Positions 51,228-64,000 of a DNA stretch of 64,000 nucleotides are shown piece after piece. The position numbers and the translations under genes are program-made. The stretch's first letter is position 1, and every line of letters begins with the position of its first letter. This DNA is from Felis catus (lineage: Eukaryota): the NCBI RefSeq assembly GCF_018350175.1, contig NC_058368.1, forward strand, positions 215,018,001 through 215,082,000. Reading direction: 5' to 3'. The notes below the pieces were generated by a model. The model saw only the letters and a list, made by a program, of their open reading frames with translations. It had not been told where the DNA came from and ran no database searches.

Positions 51228-51615
51228 ACCTGGTTTGTTCAAGCTGCCATAATAAAGTACGACAGACATGGTCATAAACAACAGAAACTTATTTTCTCAC
51301 AATTCTGGAGGCTGGAAGTGTGAGATCAAGGCATGGCGGGTTTGGTTTCTTCTGAGGCCTCACTCCTTGGCTTATCTTTTCTCTGTCTTCACTTATTCTT
51401 CCCTCTATTCATGTCTGTGTCCCAATTTTCTCTTCAGATAAGGACATCCATCAAAAGTCCTGTTGGGTTAGGACCCACCCTAATGATCTCATTTTAACTT
51501 AATTACCCCTTTAAAGACCCTGTCCTAAATATGTACTGTCACATTCTGATATCCTGGGAATTAGGATTTCAACATATGAACTACGGAGAGGGGCACGTAG
51601 TTTAGGAAATAACCC
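51228..51615 (-). mobile_element. MaLR solo LTR (MLT1A/B-like)
   Basis: GCTGCCATAATAAAGTAC...TCTCACAATTCTGGAGGCTGGAAGTGTGAGATCAAGG...TTAGGATTTCAACATATGAA. Confidence 0.85.
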
Positions 51616-52523
51616 ACTCAAGAAACTTTCTCAATACTGTAGAAATGATTCCAACATAACCTTACCCCAGGGCTGACTGCGACAAAGCAGTAGGGCTAAA
51701 TGTCACCTGGTGCTATGGCTCACACAGCGAATAGCAGGACTAGAGTTTTCCCTTAGAGAACTGTGGGTAATCATGACAATTCTAAACATACAAAGTTTGC
51801 CCAGTTGTGTGGATGGGCTCCTGACCTTTAGCGTCTCTTACAGCCTTGAGAATCCTTACTCTTTGCTTTCAAAATATATGATGATTCAGAAATGGTAATG
51901 TTTTCTATAAATTCAGTGTGGATGGGGGCTGACATAGATGATATAAAAAAAATGAAGATGAAATTTGCCTTGTGTGGTATTCATAGGCTTTACCATCCAG
52001 CATAAAAATGCATGACTAAGTGCTTTTTCAAATTTTTGCTAAGCCAGATATCTGAAGAATGTTCGAAGATGTTTTACTGATCTATAAATGCTATGAGTTT
52101 TGCTGATGGAATAGCATATTTTGCTCAACTTAAGTTCTTGCACACAAATATATAATATACAATCACTCTATTCTCATTTTTTTCCCCCACCTAGTAGATT
52201 TTCCCATCCAATAAATAGCGGCATGGGCTTTTGTGTTCTAATTTATGTATGTTGGCTGTAGATATTAAGTTGCTGAGATGAGCATTATCCCAAATTTAAA
52301 TTTAGACACTGAAAAATAAACCATGATAAAATTCTAAAAATGTTTTAAATAGAATGGCTAAGAGTTCTATACTAGGATTCTTACACTATGAACCATTCCT
52401 CAGAAAAGTCTTTGAAGTGGAGAAAGTTTTCTTTGGGATCAGCCCAGGAAATCATGCTTGTGTGAGTCCCACAGCTTATACAAGACCCCTGTGGGGTCTG
52501 TCCTTTCCCACTGATGTTTTAGC

Positions 52524-52735
52524 CTTTTAAATTTTTTTAGTGTTTATTTTTGAGAGAGAGACAGAGACAGAGTGCAGGGGAAGGGCAAAGAGAGAGGGAG
52601 ACACAGAATCTGAAGGAGGCTCCAGTCTCTGAACTGTCAGCACAGAGCCTGATGCGGGGCTTGAACCCACAAACCGCGAGATCATGACCTGAGCCAAAGT
52701 CGGACGCTTAACCAACTTAGCCACCCAGATGCCCC
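52524..52735 (-). mobile_element. CAN-SINE
   Basis: TSD TAGCCTTT. Confidence 0.93.
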
Positions 52736-53389
52736 TAGCCTTTGTAGTTTGTCATCTAGCCTTTATCTTAAGACAGCCCCCAAACTGTAGTGATAGTACA
52801 AACAACAATGAATATTTCCCTCTAAATTACCAAGGGGCTGGGTAAGGCAGTGGGGATCAAAATGCCAAATCATTAATCATTATTCCTCCACCTTCAAGCA
52901 AAAATATTTTCCCTCCAGCCTTGTGACATCTTGCTAGACTATCGTCTACTAGAAAAATGGATTTCAGCAAGGTCTTTGGTAACTTGATTTTCATCGGAAG
53001 GCATGTTATATTCTTAGAGGATTGTGGCACCAATTCGTGTACATTTCATTATAAAGCCTAAGTCCATTACATCCTTGACACTTAAAAACCTTCTGTAGTT
53101 GGCTGTTGAAACTCACTCCCCAGCCACACACTGAAAACTGCCTGGACCTAAAGCTTCCTTCAACCAGCCGTTTATTAGTAATTCCCAAATCTTAGCAACG
53201 AACTCTGATTCTTCTAATATTGCCTATTAGAAATCTGCATTATGAATGCCATACAGACATCCAAAACTTGGCGCAACCAAACGAAAGTCATTTTGTCTCT
53301 CTCCCACCCCCCATTCTCTTCCTGTATGCTTGGGTTTGAAAGCAGTATCATTAGGGGTGGAGCAGACAGAGTTTAACAGTCCGGGTGGC

Positions 53390-53590
53390 GGGAGAAGACA
53401 GCCTGGGTTCCCATCCCGGGACCTGCAGCTGAGCCGTGTAGCCCGTCTCAGTTTCCATTTTGTCTTGTGTAAAATGGACACCATGAATGATATCACCAAA
53501 TTTACTCGCCAATTCAGAGAATTAGGTGGCATAATTCAGGGAATGTGCTTAGCACACCACCTGGCGTGTAATTTGTTGTCAAGAAAAAGA
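53390..53590. mobile_element. MIR fragment
   Basis: AGACAGCCTGGGTTCCCATCCC...TCTCAGTTTCCATTTTGTCTTGTGTAAAATGG...GTGCTTAGCACACCACCTGGC. Confidence 0.6.
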
Positions 53591-54095
53591 ATGTTTATTT
53601 ACTATCATAAGAATAAACCAAAGAGTTTAAATACAACTAAAAATAAGCAGTCATCTATGTCAAAGAGCTGGGACACACGTCAGACTTCATCCTCTCTTGG
53701 AGGCTCTTGTCCCATGGGTCACTTAGGACTTATCTAGTTCTTCCTCCATGAGGCCATCTTTATCTTTTATCTCGTCTCTATTTGCTCTGCTATATTGTAG
53801 GTCAGTCACTCACACCTCGCTTGAACTGCTGCTGCCAGCGTATCCCAGTTGGTCTTGGCATCTGGAACATATCCTGGCTCTCTACTTTCTACGGCATAAT
53901 TTGGCAAAGTAATCTTTATAAAAGAAGTGCATTTAAATATATTACTCTCCCACTTAAAAATCCGTTATATTCAAGATAAATTACAAAATTCATAGTATAA
54001 GCATATTGACCCTGTATAATTTGTCTTTTCTTTGTCAACCTGTTCTGTTTCTTGCTATGCTCCCAGAGTAATTTATATTTTCAGTGCTGCAGTCT

Positions 54096-54144
54096 CTTCT
54101 TTCTTTCTTTCTTTCTTTTTTTCTTTCTTTCTTTCTTTCTTTCT
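54096..54144. repeat. (TTTC)n microsatellite
   Basis: Direct reading. Confidence 0.92.
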
Positions 54145-55964
54145 TATTGGTTAGTTATCTTTCTGAGGCTTACACTTTCCTTTTCCTTAATTTGCATTTA
54201 GAAAGTTTATTTAACATACAATTGGCTGATACGTGGAACTGCTTCTTTTCTACCTACACTATGTTTACCTAATCTTTTCTTTAAATTGTCTCATTCTTTT
54301 TTTAATATAACAAGTTTATTCTTCTAAAAGAAAACTTCTACAATGCTATAAATTTAAGATCATTACATTTGCAGTAAGTAGGAGGTAATCATTAGCGTTA
54401 ATGCAATGAGAACAAAATAATTTTATTACATTCTAGTTAGATCTCATGACCTAGCAAAGAGGCAGTAGACTGAGATATTATATTCTTTTTCCAAGTGAAG
54501 AAAAATGTTGTATACTAGAAGTAATTTTCATAAGCCCTAAAAGCTGGGAGGTGAGGTTTGATTACAAAGCCTTTCATATGCAGAAGACAATCTATCCTAT
54601 TTTTGGATTTCAACGAATAAATATTTTTAATGCTGCTGTTTATTTCCTTTTTTAATGCAACATTTTTTTCTTCATATTGCTCATAAGTTCCCTTATCTGT
54701 TTTAGTGTATTTGTTAGTAGTCTCACCATAAGTCAATTTACATGTGGCTGACCAATTTTATCCCTACCTGTTGTGCCAGTGTAATGATTAATAGTAATAG
54801 TAATATTTAACTCTCCAAAGTATACCAATACAAATGATAGAGTATATGGTTGCATTTTTTTTCTAATCTGTGTGCTTCTGATAGGGGCTATGATCAGTAT
54901 TATTATTATTTTTTTTTTTGAAGTAACTGTGCTTCTTATTTGGGCCCATGAGTTCATAATCCCTTGGTATCATTGGCTATGCATTATTACCCATCAGTCA
55001 GTGCATCTGGGAAAAGGCCAGACTGCCATACCTGTTGCCCCTGACTTTCATACCGAAGCTGAATGTGCTCAGCTGAAAAAGCCTCAAGCACCAAAATCAC
55101 CTTCAGTCATTTCTCACTCTTACTTCTCAAATCAAGGTTTCACCCATTGCTTCCAGTAGAGAAGTGGCTTTAGGAAGGACTACGCTTTTGATCTTAATCC
55201 AAGTCATAATAGTTTGGAAGATAGCAATAAGCAAATTTGCCTAGAGTTACCTGAGCCCCATCCATTTCTCTCAGAATTTAAATCACACACATTCGGTGAT
55301 GTCCTAATTTTACTGATGAGGACACACATGGACCAGAGCATCAGTCATTGCTGTGGACTGCGGTTGGCACTGTTTGTTCAAAGGCAATGGTGAGGTGGGG
55401 TTGGGATGGCAGAGACGGCAGAGGGGGGTGGGAGGTGAATGATCATGGCCCAGTGGAGGTGGCCCATGTGACAGCAGCACTCCATAATTTACTGCCTTAT
55501 GTTATCCTGCCATAGTGGTGCCTGGATGCCTCCTGCTCCAGTGTGAAGCCACCACTCAAGCCATACCAGTTCAACACTGACTTCTGTCACTTCATGGTCT
55601 TCACATCGTTTTCTCTGTTTCTCATTTTCCTTCTGTCATTCTTCCAGGCATTGATCCTTGAGGAGAGAACAAAGAGTGATACTAAGTTCTGTATCTTCGT
55701 AGGAAGTAGAATCCAGTCAGAATCGAGTCAAGGCCTGTTTTAATTTCTTTCATGTCCTAAAAGGCACCTACCTATTAAAGCTCGGATGGTGACTAGCAAG
55801 ACTCTCTCAGAGGAAGGATGTTCTGCCTTTGGTGGGAACTTGCTGCTCTTGCTGCTAAAATTGTGCACGATTTACCACATGGCACTCCTCATACCATCCC
55901 TTTCTGAATATTTCACAGTTTCACCAAGACTTAAATAATGGGAGCGTGCGCACAAATAAGAGGG

Positions 55965-56550
55965 CTGTGTTTGTTTTCTATCATAGAGCGACACATGACT
56001 GTTTATTTTGCAGGTCTTATTACCTCACAGTTCTATCAGTTGGAATTCTAAGCACTCTGTGGTGGCAGAGTTCTCTACTCAGGGTATTACATACTGAAAT
56101 CAAAGCGTCAGCCCAGTCTTCTATCTCACCTGAGGCTTGGGGATCTCTTCTAAGCTCACTAGTTGTGGCAGAATTTATTTCCTTGCAGTTACAGGACTGA
56201 AATAACTGTGGGTACCTTGCTGGTTGTCAAAAGGGGCTGTTCTTAGCTGCTAGCGGCTGTCTGCCATTCTCTGCCATGTGATCTCCAAAACATGGCGTCT
56301 TGCTTCTCCAAGGCTATCGTCACAATCTATCTCACTCCTTTTAAGGATTTTGCCAACCCAGCATACTATCCTTTTCAATCAACTCAAAGTCAACTGATTA
56401 GAGACCATAATTCCTTCTGCCATAAACCATAACATAATCATCAGATTATGATGACAGTCCTATCATATTCACAAATCCCCCTGGCATTAAGGCTAGGAAA
56501 TTACAGAGGGCATAGGCCAGGGGGCCTTATTAGAATGTTAAGAATCTGCA
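55965..56550 (-). mobile_element. MaLR solo LTR (MLT1D/E/F-like)
   Basis: TTATTACCTCACAGTTCT...CTGAAATCAAAGCGTCAGCC...AACTCAAAGTCAACTGATTAGAGACCATAATT...CATATTCACA. Confidence 0.7.
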
Positions 56551-58024
56551 ATAGCATAAAATAAATTCAAATATATATTACATTAATTATAAGGTCAATA
56601 CCTTGGTCAATAAAGAATAAATAGCAATTTCTATACCACTCAAAAACAATTTAAGATGTATACCATTACGAGTCAAGTCCTTTCAAAATCTAAACTAAAG
56701 TGCACAAAAATTAAAGACCACTGAATAATTTAAGACGGTCTTTTGCCAGGATTTGGTCCTAGGGCAAATACTAGCACCTTAAAAATAGTTCATAAATGAG
56801 CAATAATTTATTTTCTTCTTTTGAATTCAGAGTAGGTGGCTTTATAATAAACTATAGAGTTTATAAAAAAAACTCTATAATTTAATTATAAAGGATCAAG
56901 AGACTACAAATAATAAGTCCCTAATAATAACTTAATTATACCTCCACATGGTAGACTCCACTCCTTTTTGTTACATTCTTCTCAGAAATCTCAAGTCTAC
57001 CTTTCCAACCCTCTTAATAATTGTTTAAATATATGTAAATTTGCTAAATCATCAGGCAATATAGTTTAAATTGATCTTTCATATCTGAACATAAAAGAAT
57101 AAATCTAAGACTGATAATTTCAGGAGAGTCCTATAAAAATCCCAGCTATTGAACCAAGCATAAAGTAAGGATACTTTAGTTAAAGAAAAGGCTACCAGAT
57201 CATACAACTTCTTCTTTAATCTCTAACAGTTTATGATAATCTGATGCACAACAATTTTTATTTTATAGGTCCTGTTTCATAACACTGTATGAAAGTTGAT
57301 AACTTTTAGAGATGGTCAGTTTGAACGAGGCTGAAAAAGAAAAAAAAATAAGGCATCATTTTCACATGAAAAGCAGCAAGTTGAGTACTGAGGGAGCCAT
57401 TTTTCTGAAACAAATGTTAAGTGGTTCTGAAAACTTTGTAAAAGTCACAAGGAAATGTACATTGCAGTCTTTCTCAAATATATAGGCTGCAATAGAAATT
57501 TTATCTGTTTTGAAGTTCTGTCATAATGCATTACACTGACATTAAACTGGGAATGGAATTTTGACAAAAATTAAGGTTTTAAAAATATTTCAGTTGCATA
57601 AGTCATAAAATTCAAATAGTAACAAACTATTGAGCTTAAGGAATAATTAAAATATTTGGCAAAAATGAACTGCTATGATAGTTAATAGTGGTCGTATACT
57701 ACATAGAAAACTGTATAAGTTTGAATGCAATTAATGTAATCTTCCACTTTATATTGTGATCCCTTGTGTCAATAATAAGTTAATCCACATGAAAATAGAG
57801 GCATTGCTAATGGTAAATTGCAGTAGGTTATATGTGCTGAATGGGGGTCTAATGGCCATCACTCCTTCGTGAGATTTATCTCTGTGCTTAAAAATGATCA
57901 CAAATACCAGTGAACATTCTTTCAGGGATTGCATATTCTGTATTGATCTATGATTCAGGTTACACTTTGGGAAGTAATAGAGCACAGTGGGAAAGACAGG
58001 AGATATGGGAATCAGGGAGAGAGG

Positions 58025-58215
58025 GTTCAATTGTATTCCCACTTTGGCTATCTTGGTCAAATTGCTTCACCACTGAGAATTTGATTTCACTTCTACAAAC
58101 TGAAATAATAAAAAGATATTGCTCATAAATGATATGATGATTAGAGAATCAAATAAGATATATGAAGTGCTTAACTGAGTGCCTGGCATGTAATATATAT
58201 TCAATAAGTGGTGGT
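58025..58215. mobile_element. MIR fragment
   Basis: ATCTTGGTCAAATTGCTTCACC...AAGTGCTTAACTGAGTGCCTGGCATGTAA. Confidence 0.6.
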
Positions 58216-58266
58216 ACTTTTAATTCCCTAAAAAATTAGTTACATAATCCAGTGAGTTTGGGAATA

Positions 58267-58481
58267 CAGGTTTTCCCCTCTCTTTGAAAGTTTGCTTTAC
58301 GCCACTTAGCTTTTATGAAAGACCTACATTAGCACCTGTTTTCTTTTTTTTTTCTAACTAAAAGAAATCCAAAGAGGATTTTCACTTTAATGAAGTGGTA
58401 ATTGCTTCTTCACCTTACATGAGTCCCACTTACAGAAGGTTTCATAAGAATGCTCTACTTTCTGATAGAGGGGGAAGCCTG
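58267..58481. mobile_element. Tigger-family MITE (~215 bp)
   Basis: TIRs CAGGTTTTCCCCTCT ... AGAGGGGGAAGCCTG, preceded by TA and followed by TG (decayed TA TSD). Confidence 0.75.
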
Positions 58482-58609
58482 TGTCCCACCCTTCAACTAT
58501 TTTTTGACAACTCACAGTGCACAATGGTTAATGAAATGCTCTGGGGGGAACTTGTGGTCTCTTTATATATTTATTTAAGACTAATATTATGGTAATTATT
58601 TCATAGGGA

Positions 58610-58611
58610 GT

Positions 58612-58659
<48 letters not shown>
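58610..58659. repeat. Compound (GT)n(GA)n microsatellite
   Basis: Direct reading. Confidence 0.96.
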
Positions 58660-60219
58660 AGATGTTTCATTTTACTTTCATTCTGAAATAAACTACACCA
58701 ATGCTGTATTTCTACTTTATCTTTTCATCATCAGAAATAAGGCTCTTTCTGTCATATTAGGCCTATAATATAAGTGGACAAAGCTAAAATTGCATGTGAA
58801 AGCATTTTCTGTTGATTTGAACAGTTCCTGAAATTCTAGACAGAAATTTTTATTTCACTTTTTCCTTCATAGTGGAGGTGTGGTGTCTTTTCAGTTTGGC
58901 TAATGAGATATATTGGTTTGGAAAAAAAAAAATTAGAGTCCTAGAGATTTCTTTACTAACTTATCTGGAAGCAGTTCAAGTTCTGTTAGTGTAAACTCGC
59001 ATCGTTTTAGATCTCCCTATTTGATAATTAAATTTCCCATAGACATTTCTGTGCACATACCAAATAGTGAAGTTTTTATACTGGGAATTGTGTCGCACTT
59101 TCCTCCATTATAAATATCCTCCATTCTGTAACATGGGGTCAGTTAATTACTTAATGCTAAAAGAAAGCACTATGAGAATTTATCAAAATGATTTGTTTTG
59201 AGATTAAATACTTTTTAATACGTGTGAATTGCAAATCAAACACACTTCAGACAAATTCTAAATTTAGGAAAAATGCTGCTATATTTAAGGCATGGTTTTT
59301 TTCTTTTTCTTTTTTTTTTTTTTTAGTTATAAGCTGGGGACTGAGGAAGAGAGAGGGGAAAGCTATAAGGAAAGATGTGCATTTGCACTTAAATGGCAAT
59401 GATTTAATCAATTGGGGAACTCTCTTTCCAGATGTTACCCTTGGAGCATATTTGTAGCAGCTGTGCACATTTTCTAATATTACAGGGGCAGGAAAATGTC
59501 CTTATTTTAACTTGCCTCTTTTCCCAGAGACAACATTGGCAGGTAGAAATGGCTCTCTGAACACAGTTGAATGCACAGCTTTTAAAAAGAAGTGTGGAGG
59601 AGGGGGGAAGCAGAGGGTAGTATTATGGGTTAGTGGCAGCTTTCCGGAAATCAAAATCAGAGAGTTAAGTATATTCACTTTCTTTTAACTATTATTGCCT
59701 TTATTCCCTTCTCAGGGTTCAAATATATGAAGGTTCATTGAAAACAACGTTTCGTTTTGTCTTGCTTTCTGTTATTGTTATTTTCCTAAAGATCCTAATG
59801 TCACGTCAGGACAAAATTCAGGATGGACTGTCACCCAAGAATAATAGCCATGCGGGACGTTTCTATTCCTCATCTTCCATAGTCCCCTCATCTTTCCTTT
59901 GCCCCCGTTCGCTCCCTCCTTTACATGCCATGTGGCACATAATCATAATTCCCTAAACAAATCTGCTCACAAAAAGATTTTATATTTTTTTTCATGAATT
60001 TACACCCAAATGTTATCTCTCTAAAGTTTATTTGCATTTTAAACCTTATCTCAGTCTGTGGAAGCAAAGAATTTAACACCCTGTAAAGGGGATTTTAAGC
60101 ATCACTTGGCAGGCAGAGGTATGTTTTCTGTGAGCAAATCCTTTCTCTGCTTCTCAGAAATTGTATTCTCTGTAGTCGCTCCTCCAGGTGGGAAGGCAAA
60201 ATAGCTTAGAAATAAAATC

Positions 60220-60425
60220 ACAGGGTTTAGGGGCAGGCAGACATGAATTTGGATCCTTGCTTCTGTCAGTTACCTCTTGAATGATCTGGAAAAAAGTCAC
60301 TTGACCTCTCATTTTCCATTTCCAGTTAAGTAAGCTAAGAAGTCAACTCTACCTGTGGCTCTGTGAGAATTGAATAGGGTATTGACAAAAATATGTAGTT
60401 AATAAATGGTAACTATTATTATTGC
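60220..60425. mobile_element. MIR fragment
   Basis: CAGACATGAATTTGGATCCTTGCTTCTGTCAG...AAGTCACTTGACCTCTC...AATAAATGGTAACTATTATT. Confidence 0.55.
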
Positions 60426-61479
60426 ATTAACCTGGTTTTCGTTGAACAGAGTAATCGATTGAACTTTCATTATTATTTTTTAAATAGAATGATATGAATC
60501 TTACCTGCTCTCGTATGAAATGTTAAAAGCTCTTAAAATATTTATCAGCTTAGATGGCTGCCTATGTCCAGTCCAGCATCCTTGGAATTCTTCTCGATGT
60601 TTCCACTTGAGTGCCTGCCTGCCACCTCATATCTAGAATTTTCTCAGTTCTTCTTTGCGCTAGGATCAATACTTACCTATAGCTGCCTGGCCTCCCTCTG
60701 ACAAGATATAATGCCTGAGAACAGGAATGCCTCAGGCTCAGCAAGAATAAAACAGATTAGAGAGCAAGGAAAGTCAACTATAAACTCACAGATTAACCTA
60801 GCATCACCAGCACAGAAATTCAAATTCATACCTTCTTACCACTCAGGGTTGAGATTCTAGCTCCATAAACTAAGACCTGACTTAACTGGTTTTCTGGACA
60901 TGAAAAAACTAGTGGTGATATCCAGTGATATTTTTAAGACTTTCTTTTCTCAATATAATAATATTCAGTTATCCGATAACACCTCCTTATTCATCCTATC
61001 CTATGGCCTACTGCTTTTATTCATTAAGCAATTTACATTCATTCAGCAAGCGTTTACTGGATGCCAGTGATAAGTTTCTGGCGAGTCAAAGCACTAATGT
61101 GTTCACCCAGGATCTGGGCCTTTTTAAAATAACCTGTTGTAATGTGGTCAGAGATAAATCCTTTATTATCACTTCAGCCAAATTCTTCTCTTTGTTTTAC
61201 ATTTTAGTCTAACATGACCCCCATTAGGTAATAATGCAATAACAAAATTTACTGGCTATGATGTCTGGCTAATTCTTCCTGAGTAATGGTTCCTGTATCT
61301 CCCACATGACTGTTTTAAAATTCTGATTGCCATCAAATTAATTCAGATTCTTACCATTTTATGCTAATACACATTCTTTGATTCCCTCTTTACTTTAGAC
61401 CCAAAACATTGAGTGAAAGATCTGTTTAAGTCACCTTCCACCTTGCCATTCATATACAAATAAGTAAATAAGGAAACAG

Positions 61480-62200
61480 CCTAAATATATCTTCCAATCT
61501 CACATCACACACAAATATAAATTCCTAGTGGAGTAAAGACCTGAATGTAAAAGATCTAAATGTAAAAGATTTAAAAATGATGCTGAGGGGCACCTGGGTG
61601 GCTCAGTTGTTTGAGCATCGGCTTTGGCTCAGGTCATGATCTCACAGGTCATGAGTTTGAGCCCTGATTTGGGCTCTAGGCTGACACCTCAGAACCTGGA
61701 GCCTGCTTCAGATTCTGTCTCACTCTCTCTCTGCCCCTCCCCTGCTCGATCGCTCTCTCTCTCTCTCTCTTTCTCTCTCTCAAAAATAAATAAACATTAA
61801 TTTTTTTTAAATGAAGCTGAAAAATACTGAAGCCTATCTTAATGATATCTGGTTAGGAAAAGATTTCTTAAACATTATATAAAAAGAAAATATCAGGAAG
61901 GAAAACTAATTAATTTGAACACTTTGTTATAAAAAGTTCTGTTTACCAAGTAGCATCATAAAGCAGTGCAAGTAGATAGATACCTTAGACTCTAAGAAAA
62001 TATTTGATTTGCAAAGTGCAGACAATGCCTATGGAATTCAGAATATATTAGAAATCCCATGGGGAAAATGTGGCAAATTTCTATTTTAATCAAGAGAATG
62101 CAAATACTGTTTCACACTGTCACATGGGTAAAGTTAGAACCTCTAAAAATAGCCACTGTTAAAGTATAAGGATCCTTCTATACTGCTACTAAGAGTATTT
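61480..62200 (+). mobile_element. Old L1M 3' ORF2 fragment (interrupted by a SINE)
   Basis: TCTCACATCACACACAAATATAAATTCCTAGTGGAGTAAAGACCTGAATGTAAAA...GGAAAAGATTTCTTAAAC. Confidence 0.55.
61587..61808 (+). mobile_element. CAN-SINE
   Basis: TSD AAATGA(T/A)GCTGA. Confidence 0.93.
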
Positions 62201-63873
62201 TAAGTAATGGGGCTATTTTAAATAGGATACATGTTCTGTAACATGAGTATAAAATTAGAAAATAATTTTATTTATCTGTCATGAAGAAGTCCAAACTCTG
62301 GTACCTCTTTGTAACTTGGAAATCTTCAAAGAATTCAAACTGTATTTAATTGTTTTACATTTTGGTGGATCCAAGATGACCCACTATCATTTGTTAGTCA
62401 ACAGCAATGAAGAATGTACTGAAAAATCAAGATGAAAAAGGGTACAGAGATGTTTATTATCTAGAGAGAAAATCATATTTAAGAGATAGTTTGTTTATTC
62501 ATTGGTGTATTCAGTAAGTACTGAACAACCATTATGTGACAGGCACTGGCCTGGAATCTTTCTTTATATAGCCTTCTATACAGAGAAGTTACCACCACTG
62601 GAGCTGGACACATAGATAAAACATTTTCATCATCCATATATCGATAAATCAAGCTACATGTTATGAAATATAATGCCAATGCTATATATAATATCAATGT
62701 GCCAGTTACCCACCTGAAAACTTGGAGCAGGGAAATGTTTTATGTTTCGTTTTTTCATAACATCTAATATGGTTCCCAAACCAAAGCAAATAGTTAAATA
62801 CATGCTAATGCAATTAATTTATTGGTTTATATACTTATGCATTCCTCATATACATTTGGAACCTTGACATATTTCAGGTACAATGACAGATTCAAAATAT
62901 AATAAGAATATTTGACAAATATTTGTTCCCAAAACACTTCTACATTTTTGTGGGAAAAGACATATAAATAAGTAATTGTAAACGAATAGATTAAATATAA
63001 TGATAAAGCTACATCTAGAAATTTATTGGATCATGAAGGAAGATTGGCTATATGATGCAGTTAAGAAGCTAAGCAAATCTTGGTAGAGAATATGATGCCT
63101 GAACTAAAGATGAAATGGAACTGGTCAAAGACAAAGAAAAAAAAAGGTAGGACATTTTTAGCAGACAGAAGAGCATAAAAATGATTTGAGATTAAAAAGG
63201 ATATTGACTGTAATCAAAATTAAGAATATTCAGCATAAATGTTTCCATTTCAACACACTGGTATGCATTTTTTTTTTGGAGAAAAGTGTTAGATTATCAA
63301 ACACTTTTATTTTTGGCCCATGTTATAATTTATTACAGTGCTGAGATTATGAAAGAAGAAAGAGGTGGGGAAGGAGGATAAAGATGAGAGGGTGGCGGGC
63401 AGGAAGAAGATCAGGGCAATGGGTACAAAGATCTTCAGCAACCAGTTGTGGTAATTATGTTATTATAGGAGACTCATTAATGTATCAATTTACTAATTAT
63501 TCTTTCCTTATATTCTTAATATTTTCTCACCTATATTTGATTATAATTTTCAAAAATAAAAAGAAGCAGATGCTAATCATTAGTTCAGACATCTGCTAGT
63601 ACAAAGATATTATGCATTCATGTTTGTTTCTGTTGTAAGAAAGCCTTCATGATGGTCTGCCCTGAGTACTCCACAATGCCCAATAATTGCTCAGCTAAGA
63701 GATTGTTAATGGTGTATTATTTATATATATTATTTATATGTATTAATGGTGTATTATTTATAATGTCTTTTGAAAGCCAGATTTACATGACAGAATTTTA
63801 ATCAACAGGTAAGGCAAATGGTAATTCTGGTCGTGATGTTACAAAAGCAAAGCTATAAGAGGTTTACCAAAAA

Positions 63874-63942
63874 GGAGGAGAAGAAGAAGAAGAAGAAGAA
63901 GAAGAAGAAGAAGAAGAAAAGAAGAAGAAAAGAAAAAGAAAA
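63874..63942. repeat. (GAA)n polypurine tract
   Basis: Direct reading. Confidence 0.96.
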
Positions 63943-64000
63943 CTCTCTGTGTCCCGAGTTATTTTTATAAAAATTTATTTAACTAATAATGTAGGTGACT

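Noticed and set aside
11587..52724. Many short ORFs such as MAQSVKRLTSAQVMISRFV... or ...ERETQNLKQAPGSELSAQSP
   Set aside because: They are translations of CAN-SINE bodies, not genes.
53246..53737. 163-aa + strand ORF, the longest outside L1
   Set aside because: It runs through a MIR fragment, has no recognisable domain, and shows no promoter or splice support.
55620..55743. Strong-looking acceptor TTTTCCTTCTGTCATTCTTCCAG followed by a short open frame
   Set aside because: There is no convincing donor before the stop and the peptide is unrecognised.

Overview
This is an AT-rich, repeat-dense mammalian window, almost certainly from a felid (carnivore) genome, with no recognisable host protein-coding exon. 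It looks intergenic or deep intronic. It opens with the 5' 4.4 kb of a frameshifted LINE-1 on the minus strand (5'UTR, ORF1, and the endonuclease and RT parts of ORF2). It also holds about 32 tRNA-derived CAN-SINEs (SINEC) of mixed ages, many with visible TSDs. Other repeats include a near full-length Tigger1 DNA transposon, several MITEs (MER58-type, Tigger3a-type), solo LTRs (MER34-type, MLT1, MLT2), MIR, L2 and old L1M fragments, and microsatellites. I found no new gene system. The most interesting signals are structural scars: (i) a ~245-bp microinversion that flips the 3' end of a MER34-type LTR between 6-bp inverted microhomologies; (ii) a 114-bp local templated duplication next to an AT-rich palindrome; (iii) an isolated ~110-bp copy of the Tigger1 interior 1.5 kb from its source; (iv) a PBX-HOX/MEIS motif cluster in unique sequence. 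Repeat family names come from recalled consensus sequences and need RepeatMasker/Dfam confirmation. Coordinates of old repeats are approximate.
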